Below, piece by piece: positions 37,701-50,202 of a stretch of 64,000 nt of DNA (position 1 is its first letter; each line of letters opens with the position of its first letter). A program made the position numbers and the translations under genes. Under the pieces are notes generated by a model that saw nothing but the letters and a program-made list of their open reading frames with translations, was not told the DNA's origin and did no database searches. This DNA comes from Balanoglossus misakiensis (lineage: Eukaryota; Animalia; Hemichordata), in contig CM082592.2 of assembly GCA_040954595.2 (NCBI GenBank), positions 7,303,677 to 7,367,676 on the forward strand, written 5' to 3'.

Positions 37701-40667
37701 AGCGTCCGTTGAGAAAGCTGATACGGAACCTGTCAAGGAACTCATCAAAGTTGAAGTTCAGGGCACCGACTCGGCCGGGAACCTGATCAGCGAGGTTGCC
37801 GTCATCGACAAGTCTTCCAGGACTTGTGTGAAGTGGGAGATGATGCGGGAAGGGTCTGAGAGGGATCTGGGGGCCGGCAGAGACGATGGGGAGGGGAAGG
37901 AGGAGCAGGAAGAGGGAGGAGGGGAGAGCAAAGAGGAGGGTGTGGACACCTACATTAAAGAGTCGATACCGTGGAATCCCGGCACTGTTCTGAGGCAGAC
38001 TCAAGAACTGGAGGAGAGGTTGAAGTCCGAGCTCTTGAAGCAAGAGGCGAGGGCAAGCAGGGGATCGAATGAAAGTTCCAAGGAAGGTAGCGGGGCCAGC
38101 AGCCGAGCGTCTCCATCTCCGCACAGCAGCACTGAAGATCTCAGACAGGTTGGAACCGGCGATGGCGACTCATCGCCCGAGCAACGGGAGGATGTGCCGG
38201 AGGACACCGTGGAAACGGATAAGAAGGATGACGGTGTGTCCGAGGAAGAGGGCGTGAAGGATCCGATTCCAGAGCCCGGCACAGTCAAGAGGACGATGGA
38301 AATTTTCCATCAGATCGAAAAGGAGACGAAAGAGGCTTTGAGGGAAAGAGGCTCGTCGTACGACAAGAGCGTTCACTCGGACGGCAGCGCTAGAAGTTCG
38401 AGAAGCGGCTCGTTTGAGGATGTGAGGCCAGCGGGGAAAGTCGACAGCGAGGGAAAGTTGTCTGAGGGTGAAGTCGAGTGGGAGAATGACGGGGAGCTGT
38501 CTGACAGAAGTGAGGGGGAGGTACACAAGGAGGAGCCTTCAGTCAAACCTGAGGAGGAAAGAAATGAGACAAAGCATGTGGTCATTGCGGGTGAAGAAAT
38601 GCAGTATGAGCCGGGCTATGTGAAGAGATTCAAACTGGACTTTGAACAGAAATTCGCCAGAGCGATGCAGAAGGGGAAGAAATTCGTTGACCGGGAGAGA
38701 GACGGTGAAGTGGGTTCATCGAGTGGAAGTACTGCTGCGGATAAGACGTCAGGTGTTGCTGAGATTGCCATAAATGATGAACCGGCCAAAAAAGTGGCTG
38801 AGAGTGAGAAGGAGACATTGGTAGATGGGGAATTGAGCCCTCTAGAGGACAAGTCAGAACAACAGCAAGGTGAGTTTTGCTTTAAATAAGTGAGAAAATT
38901 CCACTTTATTCCATTTCTTTTTCATAAAATGGAGAAGGGAACAGTGCTCTTTTTCTCAGTTTCTGACAAGGAACCTTAAAACCTCCTGTTTTTTCCGTAG
39001 TTGATACCAGTGATGTCACAGAATTGAAACCAGAACCCAAGACTGAAGGCCCAGAACAGGGCACATCTGAAAGCAGCTCAACCGTGCGGACATACTACAA
39101 AGAGGAAGTGATTGACTGGCCAGTAGGCACTGTCAAACAACAGAGAGAGGCTATTGAAAGCAAAACCAGCAAAGACACAACTCAGTCCAAAGGTAAGTTG
39201 CATGACCATTGTTGCCTTTAACCCTTTCACCCCCAGTTCCTTCTATTAGAGGTCCAACCTCGCCATGGGTTTGGACTGAACCATGGTGGTGAAAGGGTTA
39301 ACTTTGAGATGTACATAATGTGTGGGAGAGGCAGGTATATATCCACTACTAGGTCAATTTACAAGTCTGTATATGTATCTCTCACCCAGAACTGGAAGAG
39401 CTGGAGCATGAATGGGTGAAAGAGGGCAAGCTCACTGTGGAAGAGCTGAGGACTATCCGGGATCTGGGCAAAATGATCTTAGGACGGGAAGAGGAGCGGA
39501 AAGAAGAGAATCATGGAAAGCGGAAAGGATCTGTGGATGCCAAATCAGAGCCAGGTCAGTATTGCTTCAGAAAAAATTATATTCCTCCAAACCTTTCCAT
39601 TCTTTGCTATGTTTAAAGCGTGCAAGGAGTCTTTTGAAAGCAAAGAAGAAAACAGGGTGTTCACCATCTTGTTTTCAAAAAAATCACGTCTTTAGACATT
39701 CTCCATAGAGTTAACACAGAGATCGGCGGCCATTTTGAATTTCAAGATATTTTTGCTCTCGCATTTTGCGCAGTGATTTGGGTGGGGCTGCAATGGAGAG
39801 TATAGTAAGTTGTGAAAAGAATTTGAACGTGTCGCGTCTAACGACCATCGTACTTGATAATTGTTCACAGGTATTACACAGAGCTGCAGTGACGAGAATC
39901 TGCAGACGTTAGCAGGAGCAGAGGCACCTGCCAACTCGGTCCGTGAGAAAGCCAGGCAGTTGGAACTCACCGGATCTTTCAGTCAGCCGGAGTTGAAGCG
40001 ATCGGCGTCCATAGCGAAGATGTCGGATGAACTGGTGGGGACCTCTCTGCCGGAATTTCCCGAGCAGGAAGATGACGGCGAAGGTTTGGAGCTTTTGGGC
40101 GATTCGCCGGCTGGAAGCACTGCACAGCAGGACGGTACCGTGAAGGGTCTCGTCGGCATATTTAACCGACACTCGGCGAGTTTAGACTCGGACAGGAAAG
40201 AGACTGCGGGGAGTGGATCGCTGGGACTTGCGGATGACAGTCTCAGAGGTGACGTTGCGAGTGTAAATCAAGACAAATTTAAAACTCAACCGCAGTCGAG
40301 TGAGAGCGACAGTGCTCCCTCGGTGTCGAAGCACGGCGGCAATCAGACGAACACGGTTGACGACAGTGGGGTTGCCGCACCAAGCGCCAGCTCCGGTGCT
40401 GCAGGCACCCCCGTCGTTACTGCCACCAGCGTTGGAACCACGGCGTTGTGCTGCGCGGACAAAGGCGCTGCAGCGCAGTCGGACTGCGCACCATCTGGCG
40501 GCGCTGCGGCGGAGGCTGCGTTCTTGAAACCGAAAGATCCCTTTTCTGCGGAGGACGAGTCGACCGCGGCGGGATCGCGGAAGACGAGAGCACAGCACGG
40601 GAAGTCGCACCCCCTGCGTAAACTGAGCAGTCACCGAGGTGTCAATCCACAGTACAACACCATGTGA
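17495..40667 (+). CDS. SSH: Protein phosphatase Slingshot homolog (cofilin dual-specificity phosphatase), SSH2-like C-terminus; 17 coding exons
   Basis: Exons 17495-17557 (MALMTVQRSPS), 29734-29789, 30987-31075 (SFFAIKGAALIL), 32385-32455 (GDLQSHLQAMFMLLRPQD), 33845-34023 (AVRLES..LDGDG), 34276-34341 (FKPVSVQALW), 34495-34692, 34832-34925, 35135-35263, 35469-35515 (GSEWNASN), 35757-35903, 36261-36321 (catalytic VHCKMGVSRS), 36684-36823, 36984-38869, 39001-39192, 39390-39554 and 39871-40667 (ends HGKSHPLRKL..NPQYNTM). Confidence 0.95.
22746..22847 (+). CDS. Candidate alternative first coding exon of SSH (MATTASLRPCPFTVAVEYSKHCYDVHVLSQLTFK)
   Basis: Ideal Kozak context CCACCATGG, 102 nt open and an AAG|GTGAGA donor. 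Phase 0 matches the exon at 29734, and the upstream region ~22260-22750 is CpG-rich. Confidence 0.55.
23532..23624 (-). mobile_element. MITE family 1 copy (reverse orientation), SSH intron 1
   Basis: TTAACCCATTCACCAGCATGGTTTGGTCCAAATCCATTG...GGGGGCGAAATGGTTAA. Confidence 0.75.
25612..25793. repeat. Compound trinucleotide microsatellite (CAT/CGT/CAC/CTT)n in SSH intron 1
   Basis: About 60 contiguous triplet units are visible directly. They explain the spurious poly-M/S/I ORFs. Confidence 0.95.
28729..28782 (+). CDS. Candidate alternative first coding exon of SSH (MDKCYWKGVFFATVSEIK)
   Basis: GCCATGG Kozak context, 54 nt open and an AAG|GTATTT donor. Phase 0 is compatible with exon 29734. Confidence 0.4.
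29440..29532 (+). mobile_element. MITE family 1 copy, SSH intron 1
   Basis: TTAACCCTTTCACCCCC...AAAACAATGGAACTGGACCAAACC...AAGGGTTAA. Confidence 0.75.
36075..36194. mobile_element. Fold-back (inverted repeat) element, probable MITE family 2, in an SSH intron
   Basis: The left arm CATTCTCCACACGGAGATTG..TAACCTAGCTAGGGG pairs with the right arm CCCCTTAGCTAGGTTA..CAATCTCTGTATGGAGAATG. Confidence 0.6.
36518..36602 (+). mobile_element. MITE family 1 copy, right end truncated
   Basis: TTAACCCTTTCACCCCCAGTTCC..GAGGTCCAAC..AAAACAATGGTTTTGGA..ATGGTAGTGA. Confidence 0.7.
39218..39301 (+). mobile_element. MITE family 1 copy with an internal deletion and intact TIRs
   Basis: TTAACCCTTTCACC...GGTGAAAGGGTTAA is a perfect 14-bp inverted pair. 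Confidence 0.8.
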
Positions 40668-42275
40668 CACGGAACATTGTGGAAGAGACAAAACAATCAT
40701 GAATTCCCCTCCCAGTCTGGTCAAAACCAAAAACTTCTAAAAAAAATTGCCATTTTCTGCAACTGCTGTTTATAATAGACTTTTGCTGGCTAAAAGCTGA
40801 AAATACCCACCTTACTATAAGCCTCTTGTTCCTTAAACCTGACATCGGTTTGTGAGAATAAAGGCAATGGATGGTAAAGGATGTGCAGAAAATGCACAGA
40901 GTACATACATGAGCCTTTTAAAAAGGGAAACTGTGATTTGACAACTCATGACCAGAAATGATAGTATTGCTAAATGTATATTGATGGTGCTCAATGTATT
41001 AGGAGTGTGAAGCTAAGCACAGTGAATGTGTGTCCCCTGTCGCCATGGTTTCTTGAAAAATTAATGGGGAAAGCACCTTTCACCCCCCATTTCCCAGTTC
41101 ATGGGTCCAACCACACCAATGAAAAAATATGGGTTCTACCAAATTTTACTGGTGAAGGGGTGAGTTTACTGTAATCAGGGCCAGACTCTCTGTCTACCAG
41201 AAATATAGGCGCATGCTTAGTTTCACACAAAAGTTGCAGATTTTTATAGTAGAGTTAGTTTACAGTGTAGTGTTGATGTCTTCAGATTAGGCTGGAGAAG
41301 TTCTCCATTTACTTATATTTCAGGTGAAAAAATCTCATAAAATCGGTAGGAACTATAGGTCGCTGTCACTCGACAGTTTGTAGAGTGACAGTGAACAGAC
41401 ACATATCATGTATCCGGTGTTGCTGAACCATTTCACTCAGTGCATATTTGCAGACTTTCGACTGCTCATTCAAATCCCTCCATCATAATACTGAAATGCT
41501 CGACTTCACAAAATACAGCCCAGTATTTTGTGTAATCTGTGAAATCACCTAACCATCCACGAACAATTCTGTCTGCAATAGTAATAGTAAATCTGCAGTG
41601 GCGTTCGTGTAACATCAACCGTTATTGGTGGATTTATGCAAGCGAAGAGAAAGCCCGATTCTCATTGGTTGGACTCTGATCTGGCGATCCAAGAGGTGAT
41701 ATCCTATTGGCTGATAAGCTGTATACAATTGAGGAAGTCTCTTTCTTGGATGTGGAGAGTTTCTTGAATTACTCAAGAGATGCAATCCGAGATTTTAAAA
41801 ACAACTGTAGGAGTTTGCATTCTGCCCTGTTTTGAAAATGTTTAAAAGAGCTACAAAAATACAATAGACTTGACAGCTTGACTTTGCGCTTTATTCGGCT
41901 GGATAATGTAAATATTTTGTACATTTAATTTTCTTTGTCTAACTTACCTAGACCCAGGATTCAGTGAGCGTTCTTCTATTACAGAAATATTGCTGTATTT
42001 TACACCAGAGTTGGATAAATATGCATTTTTGGAAAATCTAAATTGCTTTGACAATGTTTCTGTTGCTGCCAGATGTTGTTTTTTTCTACAGAAGACTACC
42101 TGTGTGAAGATTTACATGTTTTCTCGTTTTAAGCCCATGTCGGTCTCAAACTTTTTGGTACGTAGACCCTGTATTGATGAGTATGCAAAAACCTGCAGAA
42201 GCACCATTAACACACAAAAGCAGTGGCTATCAATGCTTGTCTACAGGTGGCTTCCTGTAAGATCTGTGTACAATA

Positions 42276-42348
42276 GACCAATCAGCATGCTGTGTATAAT
42301 CAATCGACCAATCAGCATGCTGTGCATAATCAATCGACCAATCAGCAT
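42276..42348 (+). repeat. 30-bp tandem repeat x~2.5 (GACCAATCAGCATGCTGTGYATAATCAATC) downstream of the SSH stop
   Basis: The units can be read directly and each contains CCAATCAG. Confidence 0.8.
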
Positions 42349-44561
42349 ATGCAACTGGACATACCAGCAACTTCACCCCACCTCACAAAGACAAACCTAA
42401 TAGTGCAAATTCGAACATAGCAATCAAGCTACAACAACCCCACCCCCATAACAAAGATACAATGTATTTCAATTATCATGTGCATGTGAATATCTAACCT
42501 AGATTGAAAAGAATTCCGGTATTTGGCTGCCATGTTTGCCTGAAATAATTGTTGACTAAAGTGTCAAAATGCTTTTCAAACTGAACGAAGTGAAATATAC
42601 AGTGCATATTCTCGATTTGAATATTAAATATATGGAATTTAATTTCTATTTTGAAGGAACTGCTAAAACCCTAGCTACTGATGTATTACAATATTCAGGT
42701 TTTCAAACCTATCCCAGTATTTTCCCCTTGTTCAAAACATTTTGAATGTACTCTTACAGTCTAGTTCATATTTACTTTGAATTTTATTTTGAAATAGTCA
42801 TGATTTACAACTTGATCTTTTATTCATGCAAATAAGTTTGTGTAAATAGTTGCCATGGTGATAGTGTTAGGTGATAGAGTCATTCTGGAGTTCACAAGCA
42901 CAAACGTTTGTGTGTAAAAAAAGGCAACACTTGTCTGCTGGGTGATGGTTATCAACCTCTGTTCTGATGCATTCTGGGAAATTGAATGTACATGTACATT
43001 GGCTGTTACCTGTATGTGAAGTGCATGCTTTAAGTGTTGAAGTTGAGAAAACAACTGGAAAATAGTGCCTGTTGATATTACAAATGGCATCGCCATTGTT
43101 TGGCTTAATACCTACATCTCAGAGATCAGAACAATTTTTTTATCAGAATTAATACAGGCTATTTATTTGTCCCTCTTTGATTGTAATTATTTGACGTTTC
43201 CTCACCTTTGACTGTTCTAGATGCCCAATGGCTCGTTTGAAGTCGGCTTCAAACACTAAAGGATGTTAGTGATTGGCTCATGTCAAGTTATCTTAGAAAT
43301 CAATGGTGTTCACCAGCCAATCAGTATGTAGCTTTTATGAAGAGCCTTTACACCAGACAACAATTACCACTATCACTCAAGTAATGTTACGGTTCTACCT
43401 AAGACATTTGCAGTTTGTTTGTCTTTTGATGCAGAGCGGCATGGGTTTACATTGCTACATTGTGGCATTAAATGTTTTCTTTTCATTTTACAACATTGCT
43501 TCAAAAATTGCGTTGAATGTACGTCTTGTAACTTTTGAGTATGCAATATAAAGTTTTCTTACATAATACACAGCTGTATCTGTGACGTGATGTGCTTTGT
43601 GTCGTTGGGGTTTCTGTGGCCATATTTAGCTGATACATACCGAACAATCAGTACCGTTTAAAGACACTTTGGTCCAGCTTTATTTGACACTAGTGGATAC
43701 AAAATGGACATACAATTCAAAAAGTAATCTCTAAGGCTCTCTCGGAAATCAAACTTTAAAGTATAAACTGAAATGACTAAAAAGATTCTGAGAAAGTGGC
43801 AGCAAAAATTGTGAATGCTTAGGTCGGTGTGAAATTCACTCGGAGTCTTTGGAATGTGCATATGTTTTTTTGGGGGGGAGGGGCACGAGGATCAGGAAAT
43901 GTCTGTTTTTAAAAAGTGACAGCAGCTTGGATGGTTGCATGAGTATTATACACACAAGTCGCTTCTTCTCCCTAAACCTGAAAGTTTTTTTTGAGACGGA
44001 AAAAATAACATTTGTGCTGTAAAAGAACTGAAGATGCAATGAAAAATATCAATGATACATATTCTTTGAAGCTCTCCTTGGGAAATTTGCAAAAAAAATT
44101 GCTGTGGTTGGTTCCTGTGTGATTTAAAAGCACTGTACATACATGAAAAATATTACCTCACAAAAATCCTAATATCTTAAAATTGAGCATGAAATTCATT
44201 TCCCACTGATTCCAGGACATTTCTCATACGGTCATACCTGATCTGGTTGTACCGAACTTTGGTTTCAAATGTACAGTTTATACTCAAGTCTAGCTTTCTG
44301 CCAAATTATTCTTACACTTCAATATAGGAAACTTGTCATTCCTAAAAGAATTCACCTACTTCTATGAAAGGGAATTTAGACCATGATAAAAGTGACATCT
44401 AACGTTGCATCCAATGAATCTCTCACATTCCCTTAAAAAAAACACTGTACTTTTTTTTCATTTCCATGCCCTGTTGAACATAAAATGGGGACACGTCTGA
44501 ATCTTTAAACTTGAATAATGTTTGTCGAATGACACAGAAACTGATTGTACGACGACGTTTC

Positions 44562-47500
44562 CTAAGAATCCTCTACTTTTTGCTCTGCTCGTGTGTTATT
44601 CTGAGCTCCCACTCTCCACGGTGGAAAATCTCCTTTCTCATCTGGGTCTTCCTTTTCCTGCAAAAGGAAAAAAAACCCAGAAGTAATTAGCTTAAAATTA
44701 CTCATCAGGCATCTGTTGCAAACTGCACTTCAAAGGTGAGATGTAAACTTTGCCTCACACATTGCACATGAAGTTTTAATCCCCTTTCACCCCCGTTCCC
44801 ATGTGCATGGAATCACCCAAATCACTGAAATCAATGTGGTTGGCCGAACGTTTGCTGTTGAATGGGTAAACGATGCACATACATACACACAAACACAGTG
44901 ACCTACCTCTGTCTCGTCTGGTTCCTGATAGAAGTGCATCTCCAACAACTCGTGGGCTTGATGTTGGATGTTGCTGTCGCTATGATACTCCAACGCTTCC
45001 AAGCTATCGACACCTCCGTGCTTCTGGAATACATCGCGGCCCTGAAAAAATTGTACATGGAGTTTGTCAAGACACTGAGCCACCTTGCCTGTAATGTTCA
45101 CATTGCAAGAACAAAAAGTTGGATCAAGACTGGAAACTCACTGTCTTAGTCATTCTCAGCAGCATCTCGGAGAACCAGAGAGCCTCCATCACCATGTCCG
45201 GGTCGTGTGACTTGAGCATAGCAACCACGTGGGGAAAGACACCCTGTTCCAACAACTCCTCACAGTACTTCTCCCCATGGTGGGCGAGGTTACACAGACA
45301 CAGTGCTGCCTGTAAACAAACACCAACCAACATCACAGAATTACAATGGCAGCATATATATTACGTACATCACTGGGTTTTCTGGTTTCAAAACACTGAA
45401 CACTGCTTTGTGGCATAGGACTAGATATTACCAAACAGTGAAATTTTCACAAATCCTGATATGGGTACATGTACACTTCTGAATTCTTTGCAGACTTGGC
45501 CCTTACCTCCTTTTTGATGTCAAATGTTGAGTGCAAGAGATCGATCATCTTCTGTGGTAAGCCCATCTTTATCAATGTCTGACAAACGCCCTCTACACCT
45601 GTGTAGGGAAAATGCAGTGACACAACCTAATAAAGTCATATGTGTAGTGCTTTCATGTGTGTGAGAATGTGATATGAACATTATAATAATTGCATTCTGG
45701 ATAAAAGGTCGACAACTGACTGTATGGCAAAAATCGGCCATCTTGAAATTGTGTCGTCCATATGACATTTTCATCACTCACCTAGGTAGCAAACACCTAT
45801 TTAAGGTAGCAGAAGTAAGTTCCAAGACTTCTCAAAGGTGTATGGAGTGAAATCTGTTCCTGGTAGTTCTATCAACTTACCAGACAAATTACTAAGAACC
45901 CAAAGTGTCTCCTTCTTGATATGCCTGTGCTCATCCGAGTCTAGAAAGACTTCCAACGCTGGCAGTACATTGCTATCTTCAGTTATCATGGAAATGTATT
46001 CATCAGGACCGCTGCATATGTTGCCAAGGCAACGTAGAAGAGGCGTAACAGACTGGGGGAGGAAGAAAAACAACCAGGATTAGGTCAAAGATCAACTATT
46101 GCTGGGTACAGGTTAAAATCAAATATGTTTGCAATTATTATTGGCTTTGTAGTAATGACTGATTTTTCATTCTTACCTGTGCATGGTGGGGTTTCTGCTT
46201 TGACAGTGACACCAGTGTTTGGACCAGCTTCGGTATGATGCCAGCAGCAACCAGTGTCTCTTCATGCTCAAGCCTGCAATCATGAAAAGGTGAACATTGA
46301 GACTGACGTCTGCCTTGCAATCCTGCAGTGATGTCAGCTTGTGAAAAACCATTTTTTCCCCCCAAGTTTTTGTGGAAATTCTTGCTACCTGAAATTTGTG
46401 CTGCCTAGGTGATTGATGAAAATCTCATATGGTCGACACAATTACAAAATGTGAAAAAAGTTGAATGACTCACTTCGCTGCGAGGTAGGTCAGAGCCCAC
46501 GCCACTTCGGTCAAGACGTTCATCTTATCCTCTTCAACCACCAAGTGTGGAATAAGCAGTTCCGCAACTCCAGCATCCAACATTGCCCTGAGAAATACGA
46601 CCAAATGCTGAAATTTAATGTACTTGCAAGAAAGATATGCCAGCTTTGGGGGAAAGGTACATTGATAGAATACGAGAGAATTCAACTCTGGGACTAATCT
46701 GCTGCTTATAAATCAAAGTCTTCCACATTTTTTTTGTACATGAATGAAATACAGAGCTGTCTACATGAATACATGAATTTTTGTATGAAAAAAACACAAA
46801 TCTGTTGATATTAAGTAAATTTTTCTACAAGATACTGACAAACGTGAAACTCGAACAGTTATAACTATGCCGAGGTGGTCTGCAAGGTCATTCCGTGAAC
46901 TGTGAAATCTTGTTAAGCATCACATATGAAAGATGGCATTCTCACCACAACAAGGTGACCAAAGACGACAGAATCGTGTGAAAATGTAATGTGAGCATCG
47001 CATGCTCTCGCTCTGTTGGTCCCTATTGTGGGTGACCCTTGACCTCACCTGGTGTCTGCTCCCTGACCCCTTGCTAGGTTAGACAATGCAAATGCCACTG
47101 ACTGTACTACTCTTGGTGTCGGGGACTGCAAAAAAACAACAGAGACACCACATATGCTACAATGGAGCTGTATATCTACAAACCAAAAGTGTCGAACTCG
47201 CTCTAACCTTAAACATGAACAGGGAAACATTACCACGTTTATGGTAACGGAAATATCCGAAATGCTTCAAAAAGTCCATTTCACTTTTTCTCCTGCATTT
47301 TATAAGACATGTCAAGAACAGGTTGATGTCCTAAACTTCGAACATCCTAAATTTCATCTTCCATTAGCTCCATGTTTATATTTAAGACTAGAGGAGTAAG
47401 AACAGTCAGTCTGGCTACACAGATCATTCGTTTTTGGCACTGCAAGGGGTAAACCCAAGGGATAGACAACCATGTTGAATGGTATAGTTCCTCGGCCAAG

Positions 47501-49809
47501 AGGATGTATCCAGGAATGCCATGAACAGTGACCTTGTGACCTTTAGGGTAGAGTTCACGACCTTGAGACCTACATCCACCACCAGCCATTGGTGCAAAAG
47601 CGTCATGTTCTGGTTCATGCACTTTCAAAGCCTTTGACTGATAATAAGAATAAACACACATTATTTTACTGTTACAAGGAATGCATTTCGATACCCAAGC
47701 GGGCACACAATATTGGATGAGCCGTCGTTTTGCTTCTTTTCTTGCGATCGATTCATTCAACTGTTCATACATCCATTCTGCATCTTACTCAGGTGACCAG
47801 GAAACTGACAATATTATCTCGACACCAAAAAAACCACCTGTACACTCACCTTTAGGAGTTTGACCAATGGTGGCAGGACACCCTGTGACATCAGCGTATC
47901 TCGAACTTCCTCAGAACCCCCAGCGATGTTACCCAATGACCACGCACACTGATCCTACAAGCACACAGGCGGGGACAAAACACAACTTTTGAATTTATAT
48001 CTTTCTAATTTCTCCATGGAGATTATGTACCAGTTCTGAGCATAATATTCCAGTTAGCGCACATTTTTAAGCATTGTACTTTTCCCCCCACAAACACAGC
48101 TGAACATTTTCTTACCTGAAGCCTTGCATTTTGTCCACTGAGATAGGTGATTAGATAGGGAGCAGCCTGTTTGAGTATTATCGTTGTATGTTTATTTTCG
48201 GAACTGCTAGCCATATTGGTTATACACCAGGCAGCTTCCAACTGCAGCTCGGGATCTGTCCCACTCAGTATTCCCACCAACCTGTCCATCGAATTTTCCA
48301 CCCTGAAACGACGACATTGAATTGCATATACACAGGATACTTTATAGACATGTCAGATGCACTTTTTCTGTAGTAGCATAGTAATACTGTTTTAAAAGTA
48401 TTCAAGATAGCAACCGGGTCATGTGTACAGTTGCTGTAGGAGTATAAACAGCGCCCTCTATGACGAGCAGATGCAGAGGGACTTTGTCTGGAACTGACAG
48501 AAGTGTACAATTATACTCACCCCAAAAATGCCTCTATAAACTCACTGCCTTCTGCAAACATCTTTCTCAGTGTTTTCAACTGCTTCTGCCTTTCAGAGCT
48601 TGGTTTCTGGAAATCCTTGGCCAGCTCAATTATCTGCGAACGACAGGATAGAGGAGGGGGGGGGGGGTAATGGTAATTCAACATTTTCAATATTTTGCCT
48701 TCTCTAGTCTTCATCACACACATACACACAATGACTCATCCACTCGCATCCCAACACACAAACCTGTTCCACAGTGTATTCCTCCTCTTGTTCATCTTCG
48801 ATCAATTCACTGTCATGACGCACACGCTTGGCATCAACAACCTTCTCTCTTCTCTGCTTTCGCACCTCTGTAAAAGTGATTATAAGCAATCATGTTATGA
48901 ATAAGAAAAAATAGCACTGATGTGATGTGTGCTCATCACAAATAAATCCTTGATAAAAGTATGCATCATTGTCACAGTGATCTGATTTATTGTTCCAGTT
49001 CAACAAAATTGAGAACGATTGATGATTTTTGTCTTCAAATTCTTCAATGTTCTGACTTGTGATTCCAATGGTAGAAATCTAACATAGGTGACAGGTGCAT
49101 AGTTATCTCACAGGGAAATTCAGTATTTCATTATAGGACTGTGTAAAAAGGGGCTTTTGACATCAGATCCCGGCCCTGGACATCTCCAGATGCAGTCCTG
49201 CCTCCCTGCTCAGATTCTACACAGTAGGTACACACTTTCGTTCTTTGTTTTGCTCGTGACCTAATTCAACCTTCATCATACGCAATTGAACGGTGCAGTG
49301 TTATCCATTCAGGGTAACTTTATTATGGGACAAATCATGACAGATATCTGTGATCAGCCCCATTCGCTTCCATAAATAACAGTTTGCCACTTAGAATGGG
49401 CACTACAGAAATGCCATTTCACCATTTTGATGATGCCCCCATTATGCAAATTTCAAGGTCATTTTAGGTGACTGAAAGATGTAAACAAAAAGCCCTTGGT
49501 GAATTTCCCCCCGTAAGAGGACCAAAAGTAGTCGAAGTGTCTGGCTATCGAATCACAACTACCTAAATACTGGAAATTTGTGAAGGTGTGTCAAGAATAA
49601 TCAACTTGACACAGAATGATGGCGTCTCGCATTGACCTCCACATGGCTACCATGTTTTTTGACAGAGGATCAGCAAACCACAACGCGTGCGACGCGACGC
49701 GGATAAATGGCATTGAATAAAAGGTACCTGACTGTTTTCTTCGTCGCCTTCCTCGTAGTTTCCCAACATCACTTATCGCACCCTTCTTAAATTTTTCTTT
49801 GTGGCTCAT
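44562..49809 (-). CDS. TMCO6: Importin-alpha-like ARM-repeat protein with an IBB-like basic N-terminus (TMCO6 type); 13 exons
   Basis: Exons 49809-49728, 48867-48764, 48633-48521, 48302-48116, 47954-47850, 47125-47049, 46587-46474, 46273-46177, 46052-45881, 45598-45507, 45309-45142, 45041-44907 and 44657-44562. Motifs are LRGRRRRKQSEVRKQRREKVVDAKR, QLEAAWCITNMAS, DQCAWSLGNIAG, EVAWALTYL, PLLRCLGNICSG and KETLWVLSNL. It is too divergent for a canonical KPNA, so the TMCO6 assignment is a best fit. Confidence 0.72.
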
Positions 49810-50202
49810 CTCGTGCCGTCGATCGCTCTAAAAACGCTGAAACTCAAAGCGCACGTACGCTGTTGTTGTTTCGCTCCAAACCTTTGACCTGATCGGGTTA
49901 CATGTCCCACTTTTTTTTCGGGGACCTATTTATAAAGCAAACAACGCAAATCTGTAATAAGTTTCTTTTTTATGATATAAATTATTTTTAATTCAATTCA
50001 TATTGAGATCCACTTAAAACTTTACAGGAAAAACGAAGTACTAATCCGTCCCTTTTGGAATCTTTGTCTACAAATAAACAAATACATTCCAGGCGCCATT
50101 TTCAAACTCTTACGCAAACATCACACACAGTACACAGATACCTTGTCGCGGAGGTTTCTCATCGATTTCGTCGCATTAGTTTGCGTCAATAACAAGATTA
50201 AA
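49810..50202. promoter_or_regulatory. Bidirectional promoter region TMCO6 (-) / MND1 (+)
   Basis: The divergent ATGs are about 390 bp apart. GGCGCCATTTTCAAA (~50092-50106) combines a YY1-like core and a CHR-like TTTGAA on the reverse strand. Confidence 0.55.

Noticed and set aside
40665-40778. TGA-C stop context with a short open extension (possible readthrough) in SSH
   Set aside because: The YNTM end matches the conserved SSH2 terminus as I recall it, and nothing else supports readthrough.
45042-45088. Upstream acceptor giving a 53-nt intron in TMCO6
   Set aside because: It is out of phase. The acceptor at 45041 keeps the frame.
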